From positions 145,472,084-145,536,083 of the forward strand of contig NC_068984.1 of the NCBI RefSeq assembly GCF_001194135.2: a stretch of DNA of 64,000 nt. Direction: 5' to 3'. This DNA is from Octopus bimaculoides (taxonomy: Eukaryota). Below the pieces are notes generated by a model. It was not told the origin of the DNA. It saw only the letters and a list, made by a program, of their open reading frames with translations, and did no database searches. Shown in pieces: positions 1 to 13,630 of this stretch. How positions within the stretch are numbered: position 1 is the first letter of the stretch; each line of letters opens with the position of its first letter. The position numbers and the translations under genes were made by a program.

Positions 1-186
1 CATATATATATGTGTATATATATGTATATATACATACATACACACATATACATATATATATATACACATACATATATATATACATGTATACAAACATACA
101 TATATGTATATATATATGCACACACATACATATATGCATATATACATACATATATATACAATATATATACATTCACATATGTGCGT
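1..186. repeat. Compound (TA/CA) microsatellite
   Basis: Direct. Similar compound tracts at ~1610-1930, 7720-8010, 11705-11830, 12430-12960, 31975-32055, 40420-40530, 41600-41700, 46580-46740, 47040-47190, 50515-50590, 54800-55020, 59400-59630. Confidence 0.95.
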
Positions 187-1610
187 ATATCATCATCATT
201 TAACGTCCACTTTCAATGCTAGCATGGGTTGGACGATTTCACTGGGGACTGGCGAAGCGGATGGCTACACCAGACTCCAATCTGATCTGGCAGAATTTCT
301 CCAGCTGGATGCCCTTCCTAACTTGCCCAAGGTGCCATGCAGTGGGACTGAACCCAGAGACATGTGGCTGAGAAGCAAGCATCTTACCACACAGCCACTT
401 TTAAATTGGAGGTTTTTCTGTCATGGAATGAGAGGTGATCTTGAGTGGGGTTAGCTTAAAAACATTATTATTTTATTCACAAACACAAACCCTCTCACCC
501 TCTCTCCTTTTCTCTCTCTTTTAAAATTAGTTATTTTTATATACTGCTGCCATCTTCTTCATTTTAATGCTCACTTTTCCATGCCTGTTTCAACCAAAGT
601 TTATTGAAGCAGATTTTCTACGGCCAGATGCCCTTCCTGTCATCAACCTTCGAGGCTATATTTCTCCATGGCTAGACATGTTTTTGCAGAACACTGGAGT
701 AAAAAAAATGACGTTACAACAATCACAAGATGCTAAAACAAGGAAGTACAAACATTCATGATAGGCTTCTTTCAGTTTCCATTTGTCAAATCCACACACA
801 AGGCTTTGGTCAACCCAAGGCTATAATAAAAGATACTTGCCTAAGGTGACCCAGAGAGAGACAGAACTCAAAACCATGTGGTTGAAAAGCAAACTGCTTA
901 ACCACACAGCCATGCCTGGTAAACAAAAAGCTTAAAAATAGAAGAGCACCGGCCCTTGACTTTTAATTCCAAATGTTATAAAAACATTAAAATAACACAA
1001 CAAAATCAGGCAACAAGATTAGAATGCAGTGAGTAAGGGCTACAGTTGTAATAGATAAAATTTCAAAAGACAAATTAACACAACATACAAGATGACAAGT
1101 GGCATGCATCATACTGTAATGGTAGACTCTCTTGTTGTAAACAACAAGCAAGAGTTCCACAGCTTTTTGCTGCACACCTTGCACGGATGATTTGTTTAAA
1201 ATGATCAAATGTTTGTGCTGTATATTATCTTACTCTTTCCATCAAATTGACATTGCCGCTATGGAGGCACAGTGTGTCAGATGTCAAAGAGATGGTAGGT
1301 CAACTTAAAATGAAGTGTTTTTGCTCAAGAACACAACATAGTCTGGAAATTGAAACTGCACTCTACCAATCAAGCGTGCCTCATCCTTGCAATATTCTGA
1401 GCTAAATCTATGCCATAATTCTAAGACTTACATTTAAAACATGAAGGCAATTGTGCAGGAAACTAAATTGAATTGCTGCTTGCCATCTAAAACCATAATT
1501 TGCAATTCTTCAACACGATGGAATAATGATTCAAAATATTGGCACTAATTTTATCAAGAATTAGCCAGCTCATTAAATGGATATATTAAATGTATTAAAG
1601 AGACATAAAT

Positions 1611-1648
<38 letters not shown>

Positions 1649-3251
1649 CTGATAGACACAACACTTGACATGAAAGGCTATACATATATTACGCAGGGAA
1701 CACATATAGCCATGTTCACACAATGGGTCATTGTCATGAAAGCAAAGTCGGCTGTTGAGGAAAACAAGACATTTATGTAGATTGAGAGCAATAGGTGTAT
1801 GTGTATATGTGTGTATGTGTTTGTGTGTATCTGTGTATGTATACATATATACATACATACGTATATAAATATGCGTATTTATGTAGATGGAGCGAAAGGT
1901 GTGTGCCTATACGTGTGTATGTGTTTGTGTGTATCTGTTATTTCAGCACATATTGACACAGACCTTTGCGATAGATTTTAAACATCACTGGAGACCATTG
2001 AAAAGCTTGCAGCATCTGCAGCATCATTAATATAAAAGTTTCAACAACCTCTCTCTCTCTCTCTCCCTCTCTCTACCTCTGCCCAACCCAGTTCTTCGTC
2101 TTCCACATTATTTCCACATTAGCTGCTGTCTATCATTATCATTCCAGCATCACTACTGCTTCCATCAGGAACATGGCCACGACCAACGACATTCTCAATT
2201 AACTTCATCAACATAGATTAAACACAACTTCAAAAACACTACCAAAAGATTCTCACACTCTCTCTCCCCACCACCACCACCACCACCACCAAGCTTCCTT
2301 AATGCACTGCTATTCTCCNNNNNNNNNNAAAGATTCTCACACTCTCTCTCCCCACCACCACCACCACCACCACCAAGCTTCCTTAATGCACTGCTATTCT
2401 CCACCCCCCACCCCCACTCCCTCTCACTCGGAATCTAAAATAACCAGACTGTCGATGCTGTGTTCCACATGTCAATAACATTTTACAGTTTTTTCCAAAC
2501 ATTTTGGCTTTAACCGTTAGCTCACTGGACAAAATGCTCACCATCATTTTATCCGTCTTTACGTTCTGAGTTCAAATTCCACTGAGGTCAACTTTGCCTT
2601 TCATCCTTCCAGGATCAATAAGATAATTATCAGTTGAGCACAGGGGTCAATATAATCAACTACCATCATCCAACAGAATTTCAAGCCTTTTGCACCTAGA
2701 ATAGGAACAATTATTATTATTATGTGATGAACACGTCTTTGGAGAGTGCCGGAAATGAATGATATTGCATCTTTGATGTTCATACTCATTTATAACCATT
2801 ACACAATGACAAGAAAAGGAGACACAAAAATACATGCACACACACACACACACACATGTACAAAGATGGGTTTCTTACAGTTTCCACTGATGAAATCCAC
2901 TCACACAGCCTTGGTTGGCCGGGGCTGTAGTAGAAGACACCCAGGCTACCACACAGTGGGACTGAACTCAAGATCATTAGATTGGGAAGTGAATTGCTTA
3001 ACCACACAGCCACAGTCAGTAACTAAAGGCTTAAAAACAGAAGAGTCAATATGTTAGCATGAACCCTTGACTGTTAATTACTCAGCACTGCCATCAGTAT
3101 GGAAAACAATAGCTAAGTTAGTTTCAACATAATTAATATAGAGAACATTAAAGATTTAATTAGAATTATGTGGTGAGGAAAAGACACCACTAGCTCAATG
3201 ATATACATCATTTTAATCCTTTTGAAAAATACAGGAATACAGGAGACAACT

Positions 3252-3289
3252 TTGGGTATGTTTTGGTGTTATTACACCTCTTCAGCAAT
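3252..3289 (-). ncRNA. Degenerate minimal hammerhead-like relic
   Basis: Minus strand AUUG CUGAAGA GGUGU-AAUA-ACACC AAAA CAUACC CAA: perfect 5-bp stem II; G12->A is explainable by CpG decay (CCGAAA->CCAAAA); helix III is damaged. Confidence 0.35.
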
Positions 3290-6200
3290 ACATATACTTC
3301 ACCATATACGCTGAGCTGAAGTAGCGATGAGAGAATCACTAAGTCAGTGTATAATATTGTACATGTATTGGCATGAAAACTTTGATTCTTTCAAAGCCAT
3401 TGTTTACTGAAGACAAACAGCATTATTTTCTGAGAATCTAATTTATTTAATGATAATTAATTAAAATCCTGTATCCTATCATTTTCTCTAAGAATTATCT
3501 CAGTCTTCAGTTGTTTTGCAGAAAACATTAATTTAGGAAATGCACAGAGAATTCCAGAAGAAAAACATTAAACAATGTAAAAATATGTAAAAATAAACAA
3601 ATGATGTTTGCTGCAGCAGACTTTTCACTAATAAATGGTAAGGTTTGAGAGAAAGAAAATGCTTGACTGAACACCATGTTAACTGGTAAGTCATCTTTCT
3701 AATGAATCTGGAGACTGTGTTGTCTGTTAATAAGTTATTCGGTAAGGAAAGAAGTTGTTATCAACTAACAAAGATAGAACGATGGAGAGAGGAGGCTGGA
3801 CAGAGGAGAAGATACAATACTGGGTAGCTACAGAGGGTGGACAGAGGAGAAGAATACAGTGATTAATATAAGAGGGTAGATAAAGCTAGGTAGGTAGCAT
3901 GGTAGAAAGCAGACAGAAGTGAGGACACTGTAACAGGCAGCTGGGAAGGAAGACGTAGGCAGAAATGAAGATATATTGATGGCTGGCTACCCAACAATAT
4001 ATTCTCACCTGTCCACTTCTTCTTCGCTAAGTACCTACTTATCTCTGTTAGTGAATTACAATTTATTGTCACTTTACAGACAATTATCTGGGTTATGCAC
4101 CACATTTGACATGTGATTCTTTGACATTAGATTCTCAGATGTACTCGACTTCTGAAAAAAATCTGGTTGTGTCAAATAAACGCAAGGACAGAGTTTAAGT
4201 TACTGGCTGGAGGTGATTTCAAAAACGAAGCCTGCCAAAACTGAGTAGCATCTTTTAAGCCCATGCACCTTCATCCATGGATGGTTCAACATGGATGGTT
4301 AGAAAGGATCCAATAGCTCCAAGGACAGCATCATGCTCCAGTGTCTGCTTTGGAATGGTTTCTATGGCTATTGACAGGAGAGTGTACTTCAATAAGGCAA
4401 TAAAAGGAATAATATGGATCCTCAAAATTGCCATAATTCACTTCACCTGGACTGTTGCATAAAATATTTATCCAGTTAACGATAATTACAAAGTTTCCTT
4501 GATTTATTAAAGAAAGTCAAATAATTTTGGTCAATAATTTGAGTGATCGACATTCTAAATTGTTTTTAATCAATAAATTAGTGAGGCTTAAAAAGTGTTT
4601 GAATAGATTGAAAGATTTAATTAAAAGATAAGAATTTGAAATATGAAAAAAAAAAAAGATAGAAATTAGAGTTAATATTGAATATGTGTTAGTAATATTG
4701 GCCTGCCAATTTGTAAGACTGGAATCTCAGGTCTAATGCCAAAGTTTGTTGCACACACATTGGGTTATCTACAGCAAACATGACAGACAATTAGAAAATC
4801 GAATTACTTACATTAATTAACAAACGAGAATTCTACGATCTACAGCAGTGGCTGTTATCTTACTCATGTGTTGTTCGTCTATATTGTTTGAATATATTTA
4901 TTGTGGTAAGTTCTTAGATTCCTTCAAATGATTTTAGTCACAGGACTGTGGCCATGCTGGGGCACCGCCTTCAAGAGTTTCTAGTTAATCACATCTGCTA
5001 TGATACTGTAACCTTTCACCTGGCACACAGCCACTTCCCTTGATTGTACTCCCTCTCCTCTGAGAGGTGTTCTTCTCACAGGTTAGTTGGCAACCCCACT
5101 AGAGTAGCAGTGTCAGTGCCACATAAAAAGCACCCAGTCCACACTCTGTAAAGTGGTTGGCGTTAGGAAGGGCATCCAGCCATAGAAACCATGCCAAAGC
5201 AGACAATTGGGGCCTGTTGCAGCTCTCCACCTTGCCATATCCTGTCAAACCATGCCAACATGGAGGACAGCCATTACATGATGATGATGATGATGATGAT
5301 GATGATAGTGATGATGATGGTGACGATGATGATGATGGTGATATTCTCCCCAGGACTTAATCCAGTCTGGTTTTATTTCATCAATATCTGTTTAATGAAC
5401 GGTGTAGTGTAGGGTGCATGTGGTTTCTTGTGTGTGGAGGTGTGCAAGGGTGAGAGTGGCATGGAATATTGGACTTAATACTAACCAATAAGGAATAAAA
5501 GAGACAGACCTGTACATGGTCCTTTGACCTGCAAGAAATAGCAGCCAAATCTCCTTTTAATCTCAGTCTAAAATAAAACCCGACACTGTCAGTTACGATG
5601 ATGAGGGTTCTATTTGATCTGATCAACAGAGCATCCTGCTTGTGAAATTAACATGTAAGTGGCTGAGCACTCCACAGACACACTTACTCTTAATGTAGTT
5701 CTCGGGAAGATCCAGCATGGCACAGAATGTGACAAGGCTGGCCCTTGAAATACAGTACAATTTTGCCAGCTGAGTAGACTGGAGCAATGTGAAATAAAGA
5801 GACTTGCTCAAGGACACAACATATCTCTGGATATTGAACCCACAATCTTATGATCATGAGCTGAATACCCTAAGTCACGTGCCTTCACAATCTCAGTCTA
5901 CGGTCTTAGAGAAGGAAGCACAAGTCTGGTGAAAGAGGGACAAAGTGCCATAGATGAAATGTCTTTGATCAGAGGTCTGCTCAATCAAGGCAGACCCGGG
6001 GCTAAATAAACAATAAAGCGAATAACAGTCATAGAAGCAAAACCCGAGGATAGTAGGATGTGTGCTAGGCACTGCACAGATCCCACTCGGGGTACTCTCA
6101 ATACAGTAAAATTAAGAATGGTAAAAGAAACCACAGCACAACCCAAGGCACACAGAGCTGCACTTGGGAGTGCGGGGAAAGCAGGCAAGAAAAATAAGAT

Positions 6201-7726
6201 TAATGAATGACGATGATGATGATGATGATGAGGAGGAGAATGAGGAGGAGGATTATCACTTCTTCAGTATTGCTAACATCCTTACCAATGTTGTGGCTGT
6301 TTAGTGCCAGGTCAACACCAATTAAGGAAACCTCGAGGTTAATGGTGTTCCGGATGTGACCATCCTATTTCTTTTTTTTTTTCCGATACATTCCCCTTAG
6401 CCATAGTGTATCTCAGACTACATTATCAAGTCTGTCTTTCCCCACTTCATATTTCCCTTGCTAGTGACAAAGATGTAGTAGTTATTTCTAGCAGATCGAG
6501 CTACCTCACGGAGGCTCCCTCATGGCATCCACAACTTTTTTACCAGTAATATACTGTCTGAAACGAATGACTCTTGTACCCGTCTCCCTATTAAAAACAA
6601 GTTACGTGACTACAAATGAAATCATCATTATCTTTCTGCACCGTTGTTGGAAGAAACAACAAGACAGATGTGGCTTACATAATTTCTCATCAGAAGAATG
6701 CAGTCTTCATTCCCACACACACCAGGGGAAAATATAGAAACATCATCTTCCCACCCACGTCCTCTTCTTTATGGGCCCCTCATCTTCAACAGCTTCTTTC
6801 CCAGCAAGCACAGCAGTGATGTAAGAAATATGGTATTTCTTTTAGCTGAAGTCAAAACAACAATAGACAACAACTACAACAACAATAATTATAATAACAA
6901 CAATAATAACAGCGTAATTGTGATGGGATTGTCAATGCCGTATCTTAGCGAACACAGTCAGGGCTTTCTCACGAAGACAGAAAAAACAAATTAACAGGCA
7001 TTATAGCAAACACACACACACACCACAGAGAGAGAGAGAGGAAAAAACAAGAGAAAATTTCAAAACTAATTTTTAAAGACTTAATGTCGGTAAAAATGGC
7101 ATAAAGCGGAAATATCTAACATTCTTGAAATCATTAAATAATTTCCTTCAATATTTCCTGTGTTCTTCCAAAATTAACCGATTTCCTTTTTAGCCATCCT
7201 TTCAGTTATAAAGACATCTAAAACTGGCACAGGAAGATCAATTTGAGAGAAAGATGGATAGGAGTGGGTGGTGGGTGGTGGGGGGGCACACATAGTCTAT
7301 TATTAGATCGGCCCAAAGTATATGACTGGTAATTCTGTTATGGAACCTACTGGGAAGATGAAAGGTAAAAATCTCTCAAACAGGTTTGAACTCAGAATAT
7401 AAAGAAATGTAATGAAATATTGTGAGGCATTTTATTATTATTGTTATTGTTATTATGCTTTGAGTTTGATGGACACTGCTTGGATGACAGTAACATTTGC
7501 CTTCAGACAGTTGATTTCTGTACTTATTATCAGTGTATTTTGGTGATTTAAATAAGAGATTTGACTGTTATTTCCAGCAGGTAGACATACTTAGTAGGTC
7601 CTTTGATTAATTTTAATCCTTCAGCTATTTAACGTTTTTTTGTGTTTTTTTTTGTGAAGGGCCTGCAATTGCCTCTATTATGAATTCTGTTATTATCACA
7701 AATTAGTTCTCATGAATTATTTGCTC

Positions 7727-7758
<32 letters not shown>

Positions 7759-7876
7759 CAAATATATACATATATANNNNNNNNNNNNNNNNNNNNNNNN
7801 NNNNNNNNNNNNNNNNNNNNNNNNNNNNNNNNNNNNNNNNNNNNNNNNNNNNNNNNNNNNNNNNNNNNNNNNNNNN

Positions 7877-7914
<38 letters not shown>

Positions 7915-8682
7915 TACACACATAAATATATATACATTTATATATATGCATAAGTATATATACATACATATATATTATACACACACACAAACGCACACAC
8001 ATATATAAGTAGACACATTTCCATTGAAATGTTGCTATATATTGTCATATATTGAGTTGAAGTGTACAACCATGACCAACACCACCAAACCCCCCACCAC
8101 CATCACAGTCGAAACAAGACTATACTGGAGTCTTTAAGTGGTCGTTTGACCTGCAAGAAATAGCCTAGACCTGCCCTCGAGTCATACCCCAAGTGCCAGC
8201 TTAGAGAAGGACTCACTGCATCATATGCACTAGGTTCCCTGCATGAATGAAAAAGATAGGGTGGTCACAAGCGGAGAGCCGTTTATCATAGGCTGGGGCT
8301 TATAAAAAAAAAAGACATTAATAACGAAGCAACCACTATCATCACAATGACACCAACCAGTGTTAGTAACATCATCATCATCATCATCATCACAGACAAT
8401 ACCGTCTTTAAAAATACTATTGTCACCACCACCACCCCAACCCTTACCATCCACTTATTGCCCCTGAAACCATTACCACAGCAAAAGAAAAAATTTAAAA
8501 AACTAAAAAGATCACCATCATCATTACAACCAACCACAACAATCAACCACCGCCACCTTCGTGTGGGTGAGAGGACACAGTGTAGGATTCAATACAATGT
8601 GGGGAAGAGGACATTGTGAAAGAGGGATGTAATGTGATAGTCCTTGTCGCGTGTGTGCGTATGAGAGAGAAAGAAAGAGTAC

Positions 8683-8720
<38 letters not shown>

Positions 8721-8968
8721 ATGTATGTGTGTGGATGCATGTGTGTAAGTGTATGAAGAAAACATGGTTGACTAAATTATCGCTGACAGAGACAGGAACA
8801 GTCACAAAAAGACAAAGAGAGAGAGAGAGGGAGACAGAGAGGGAGAGTAAGAAATTAGAGACAGACAGACAGACAGGCAAGTTGGCAGAGAGAGAGAGAG
8901 AGAGATCAAACAGAACTAGTAAAACATGTACTTATTGGCTTGCATTTCACACTAAAGTGTGTGTGTGT

Positions 8969-9007
<39 letters not shown>

Positions 9008-10871
9008 GTGCCTCTAGTGGCCCGGGAGGGGGGGGTTATGACTGTATCTCCATCTCTCCCCCCCTCCCTCACACCTTGCAGTGTTGTATTGTTGTTGTAG
9101 TTGTTGTTATTTAGATCAAACAATGGCAAAGTGGTGGTGGTGGTAAAATTAATTAATAATGTGGAACAAGAATAAGGGCCAAGTTAAGTGATGATGATGA
9201 TGGTGGTGGTGGTAATGATGATGACTAAAACAATATCAAGGCCAATGACCTAATGAACAGGCCTCCACGTCATTTCCCCTGACCTCTAAGACATAGCAGC
9301 TAAATCTTTCTCAAATTTCATACACATTGAATCAGAAATAAGGATTGTCGAGGCTAGAATCTCTTTAATACTTTTCTTCCTAGGGAGGGTCTACTTGATT
9401 AGGACCTAATTTGGTGCCTAAAGTGTATCAAGGCCTTCCATGAGAATCTGTCAAAGATCTTGACTTCTTTTCTTTTTCACAGAATGGCTGTGTGGTTAAG
9501 AAACCTGCTTTGCACCCAAGTGGTTTCAGGTTCAGTCCCATTGCACAGCACCTTTGACAAGTGTCATCTATAACAGTCCAGGACTGACCCGTGCCATGTG
9601 AGTGAATTTGGTTGGTGGAAACTGTGTGGAAACCCATATGATCTGACCAGATCCAATGAGTCCAAGGACTGCATTGTAGGGATGCGACTGTGTATATGTG
9701 TCTCTTTGCATTTGTATTTATCTCCTGCCACCACTGAACACCTGGTGTTGGTTTATTTACACCCTTTTATACTTGGTTGTTCAATGAAAGAGATCAACAG
9801 AATAAGTACAAGGCTTAAAGAAAATTAGTGTCGGAAACCCTTCAAAACGATGCCCCAGTATAGTCGCAGTCTAATGACTGAAACAGGTATAAGATACAAG
9901 ACTAATCCAAAAAGTCAAGTGTCAGACTAAAAAAGATAATGAATACAGAATTAATTCTGGGTGTATTTAAAAATGTCTAGAGGTTATGGGCTTGACCTTA
10001 TGAATTACATTTACCAAATACACACACAATGGTAGATAAACAATTGTTTACAAAAAAAAACTTAAAAGCTGAGGGTGAAATTTATTCCATGGCCACTAAA
10101 GCGAATGAATCACAGACTGTCTGAGGTGAAATATATAGAACAAACATCATAATGGAAGCAAATAAGAAAGACATGATTATTGTCTTGTAAAAATAATACA
10201 TTTTAGGGGGGAAAATAAAGCAGAAACACAGACACAATGTGTTAAAAATGAGTTAGAACTGGAAGAATGGCAGTTGGAATTGAAAAATAAATAAAGCAAA
10301 CAAATAAACGACATCTAAATAAAATAGGAAAATGGAATAAAATGGAATGGTAGCAGCTACAAAAAAGCATCTGTTTATGATGTTATAAGAATTATTCAAA
10401 TTCAGATTTAAAATAGTTATTTTTTCTTTTTCTTCTTTTCATAAAAATAAACTTTCTCATTTCCAACCGACTAATGGAATTATGGAAACTAAGGGCCATA
10501 AACATAAATCTGGATATTTATAAGACCTTCTCTTAAATGGCTAAATGTGCACAGGTTTGGCTGTGTGGTTTGGAAGCTCATTTTGCAAACATGTGGCTTC
10601 AGGTTCAGCCCCACTGCATGGCACATTGGGAAGGGCCTTCTACTATAACGCTGGACCGACCAATGCCTTGTGAACAAATCTGGTAGGTAGAAACTGTATG
10701 GAAGCCTGCCAAGCCTGTCAGTGATCGTACCACTTAAAAAGCAACCAACACGCTCTATTAAGTGGTTGGCATTAGGAAGGACATCTAGCTGTACAAAAGA
10801 GACAATGGAACTTCAAAGTCACTATGACTACTATTCTTGTAAATGTATTGCAAATTTACAATATATATATA

Positions 10872-11703
10872 CTGGGTCATCCCATAAATAATGTGTTTTT
10901 TTTCAATTGCACGAATTAAAAGTCAGGGGGGGACAGGATAAACTACTTGCATCAATTTGCTATAAAAGCAGGTAGTAATTTTACATTATACTTATTCTTA
11001 GTGCATGTTTTGAAGAGTGCAGTTTCATTTTAACAGTTATTTTTTCAAAGCTATAATAGAAGTGACAAAGGAGCATATTCGGCATATTTTGCTTTATGAG
11101 TTCAATAAAGTCAACAACGCAATGGAAAGTGCGAAGATTATTAATGCAGTATATGGGAATTAGACAATAGGCATAAACCAGTGTCAACGATGGTTCCAGA
11201 AATTCTGATCTGGAAACTACAGCCAAGAGGATGAGCCTCATCCTGGAAGATCAGTAGAGTTTGACGAGGACATCCTACAAACCCTGGTGGAAGAAAATCT
11301 CATTGTAACTGTTGAGGGACTAGCAGAGAAGCTTGGATTTGGTCATTCAACCATTCATCGACACTTGTGTGCCATTGGAAAAGTCACCAATCTGTGTCAA
11401 TGAGTTCCTCACAAACTTTTCGGGTCTAATCATGGCAGAGAGTGAATGTGTGCTCTTCTTTGCTGTCACGTCTCACAAATGAACCTTTTTGTGGACCGAA
11501 TAGTGACTGGTAACGAGAAATGGGTTCTCTATAAAAATGTCAAGTGCTGAAGACAGTAGGTAGGGAAAGGAGAAACACTGGCACCCCAGGTTAAAGAAGG
11601 TCTTCACCCACGTATGGTGTTGTTATCTGTTTGGTGGGATATGAAAGGTTTAGTCCACTTTGAACTTTTAAGCCCAAATCAAATAATAACAAAGGAGATC
11701 TAC

Positions 11704-11706
<3 letters not shown>
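10872..11706 (+). mobile_element. Mariner (Mos1-like) DNA transposon, 5' part, decayed
   Basis: Starts after TA. Translation EVTKEHIRHILLYEFNK...QCQRWFQKF*SGNYS.EDEPHPGRS...VPHKL...TGNEKWVLY...LHPRMVLLSVWWDMKGLVHFELL; contains stops and frameshifts; ends in a microsatellite. Confidence 0.92.
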
Positions 11707-11756
<50 letters not shown>

Positions 11757-12463
11757 GCTCACATAAGTATATATATACAATCATAAATATAGATAAACAT
11801 GCACACATCAATAAAGATATATACAAAAATACATTAAAACTGCTTTTCTTTTTGATCCCTCAAGTTCTTATAGGGGCTGTAGAAGCATAAACATGACATA
11901 CAGTGTGCCTTGAGCATTTGTGAACCCTTCCAACNNNNNNNNNNNNNNNNACACACACACACACACGATGGTGCACTAAGTTCCCGTCAGACATGTTGAC
12001 TTAAGTAACATTTAAAGTCAACTTGTCAAATTCGGTGTCTTCATGTTCTCTTAATCCTGAGTTAATCCAAGAAAAGCAGCTGAGACAACAAAATATATTG
12101 GCTCAGGGAGAATATAACCAGATTATCTCAATATATCAGGTAGGCTATATGAATGATAATACAGGATCCTGAATGAATTGTAATTAAACTTGATACTGTC
12201 ACAGAATTAGAATTTATGGAAGTTTCTCTATGAAAGTTGCATTAGGAAAAGCTGAGAAATGTGAGTTTCGAAGCTAAAAACTAATGTGAATTGCTTATAA
12301 ACGTCATTGGAGATCAGGTTTTGTATCAATCATTTAGATCTAGATGTATGAAGAAGCAAATCTCTGTCACATGTCTGGCGGAGAGACTAAGAGAGAGTGT
12401 CTGCAAGGGTGGGGTTTGTAAATAGATCATCTAAATTTATATACACACACATATATATATATA

Positions 12464-12500
<37 letters not shown>

Positions 12501-12580
12501 TTATATATACACACACACATAAATACATGTACATACATATGTATACACAAATATACATAGATGTGCATAGATTTGTATAC

Positions 12581-12617
<37 letters not shown>

Positions 12618-13189
12618 CCAACCCATATATATAGTCCAACCCATGGAAAGTGGACGTTAAACGATGATGATGATATATATATATGCATAGATTTGTATAC
12701 ACAAATATATATATATATATATATATACATACATATAATTACACACACACACACACCTAAACATATATATGTATACATAAAATACTTATATAAATATACA
12801 TACAACCATAAACATACAAATACATACACAGGTGTGGAGTTTTGCAAACACACACACACATACACACACAACATACACACATACATACATGCATATTGAC
12901 AGTTTGACTCGAATTGTCCATCTATTCACACACACACACACTTATATACATACACAGAGTGAGATTGTGTATATAAGAATATTTATATGCGTGTGTATAT
13001 GTTTATATTTTTTTGGCAAGTATATATTTTCCTTCAATCCTGAAAAACATCCAACAAAACAAATGTCAGTGTTTATGTGTATCTAAGCATGTTTGCAGTT
13101 ATATGCACACACACAAACACATGCATGCAGACACACACACACATGCATGCACACGCAGACATACACACACATCTTTCATGTTTTCCTTG

Positions 13190-13630
13190 TTTCAGTCATT
13201 GGACTGTGGCCATGTTGGGGCACTGCCTCGAAGAAGTGGTGTTAGTCGAATGAATCAACCCCAGGACTTTCTTTTTTAAGCCTGGTACTTATTCTATCAG
13301 TCTCTTTTGCTGAACTGCTAGATTACAGGGATGTAAACACACCAACACCGGTTGTCAAGCAGTGGTGGAGGACAAACACAGGCACAAAGACACACACGTG
13401 TGTGTGTATGTGTGTGTGTGTGTGTGTATGTGTGTGTGTGTGTATGTGTGTGTGTGTGTGTATGTGTGTGTGTATGTGTGTGTGTGTGAGACGTGCTTCT
13501 TGTTTCAGTTTCCGTCTACTAAATCCTCTGAAACAGCTTTGGTCGGTCTGAGACTACAGCAGAAGACACTTGCCCAAGATGCCGCACAGTGGGACTGAAC
13601 TCAGAACCATGTGGTAGGGAAGCAAACTTC
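13190..13630 (-). mobile_element. SINE family B copy (CpG-decayed)
   Basis: Reverse-complement match to family B over head, hinge and tail. Confidence 0.88.

Noticed and set aside
987-1208. 73-aa hydrophobic minus-strand ORF
   Set aside because: Alternative start codon, no splice signals, no family motif; the expected chance ORF length.
2245-2402. Exact 74-bp tandem duplication
   Set aside because: The copies flank a 10-N gap; this is an unmerged contig overlap artefact.
3471-3515. Minus-strand CUGAAGA-CUGAGA(UAAU)UCUUAG-A-GAAA hammerhead look-alike
   Set aside because: Stem II is good, but there is no helix III pairing or palindrome and no stem I; probably chance in AT-rich DNA.
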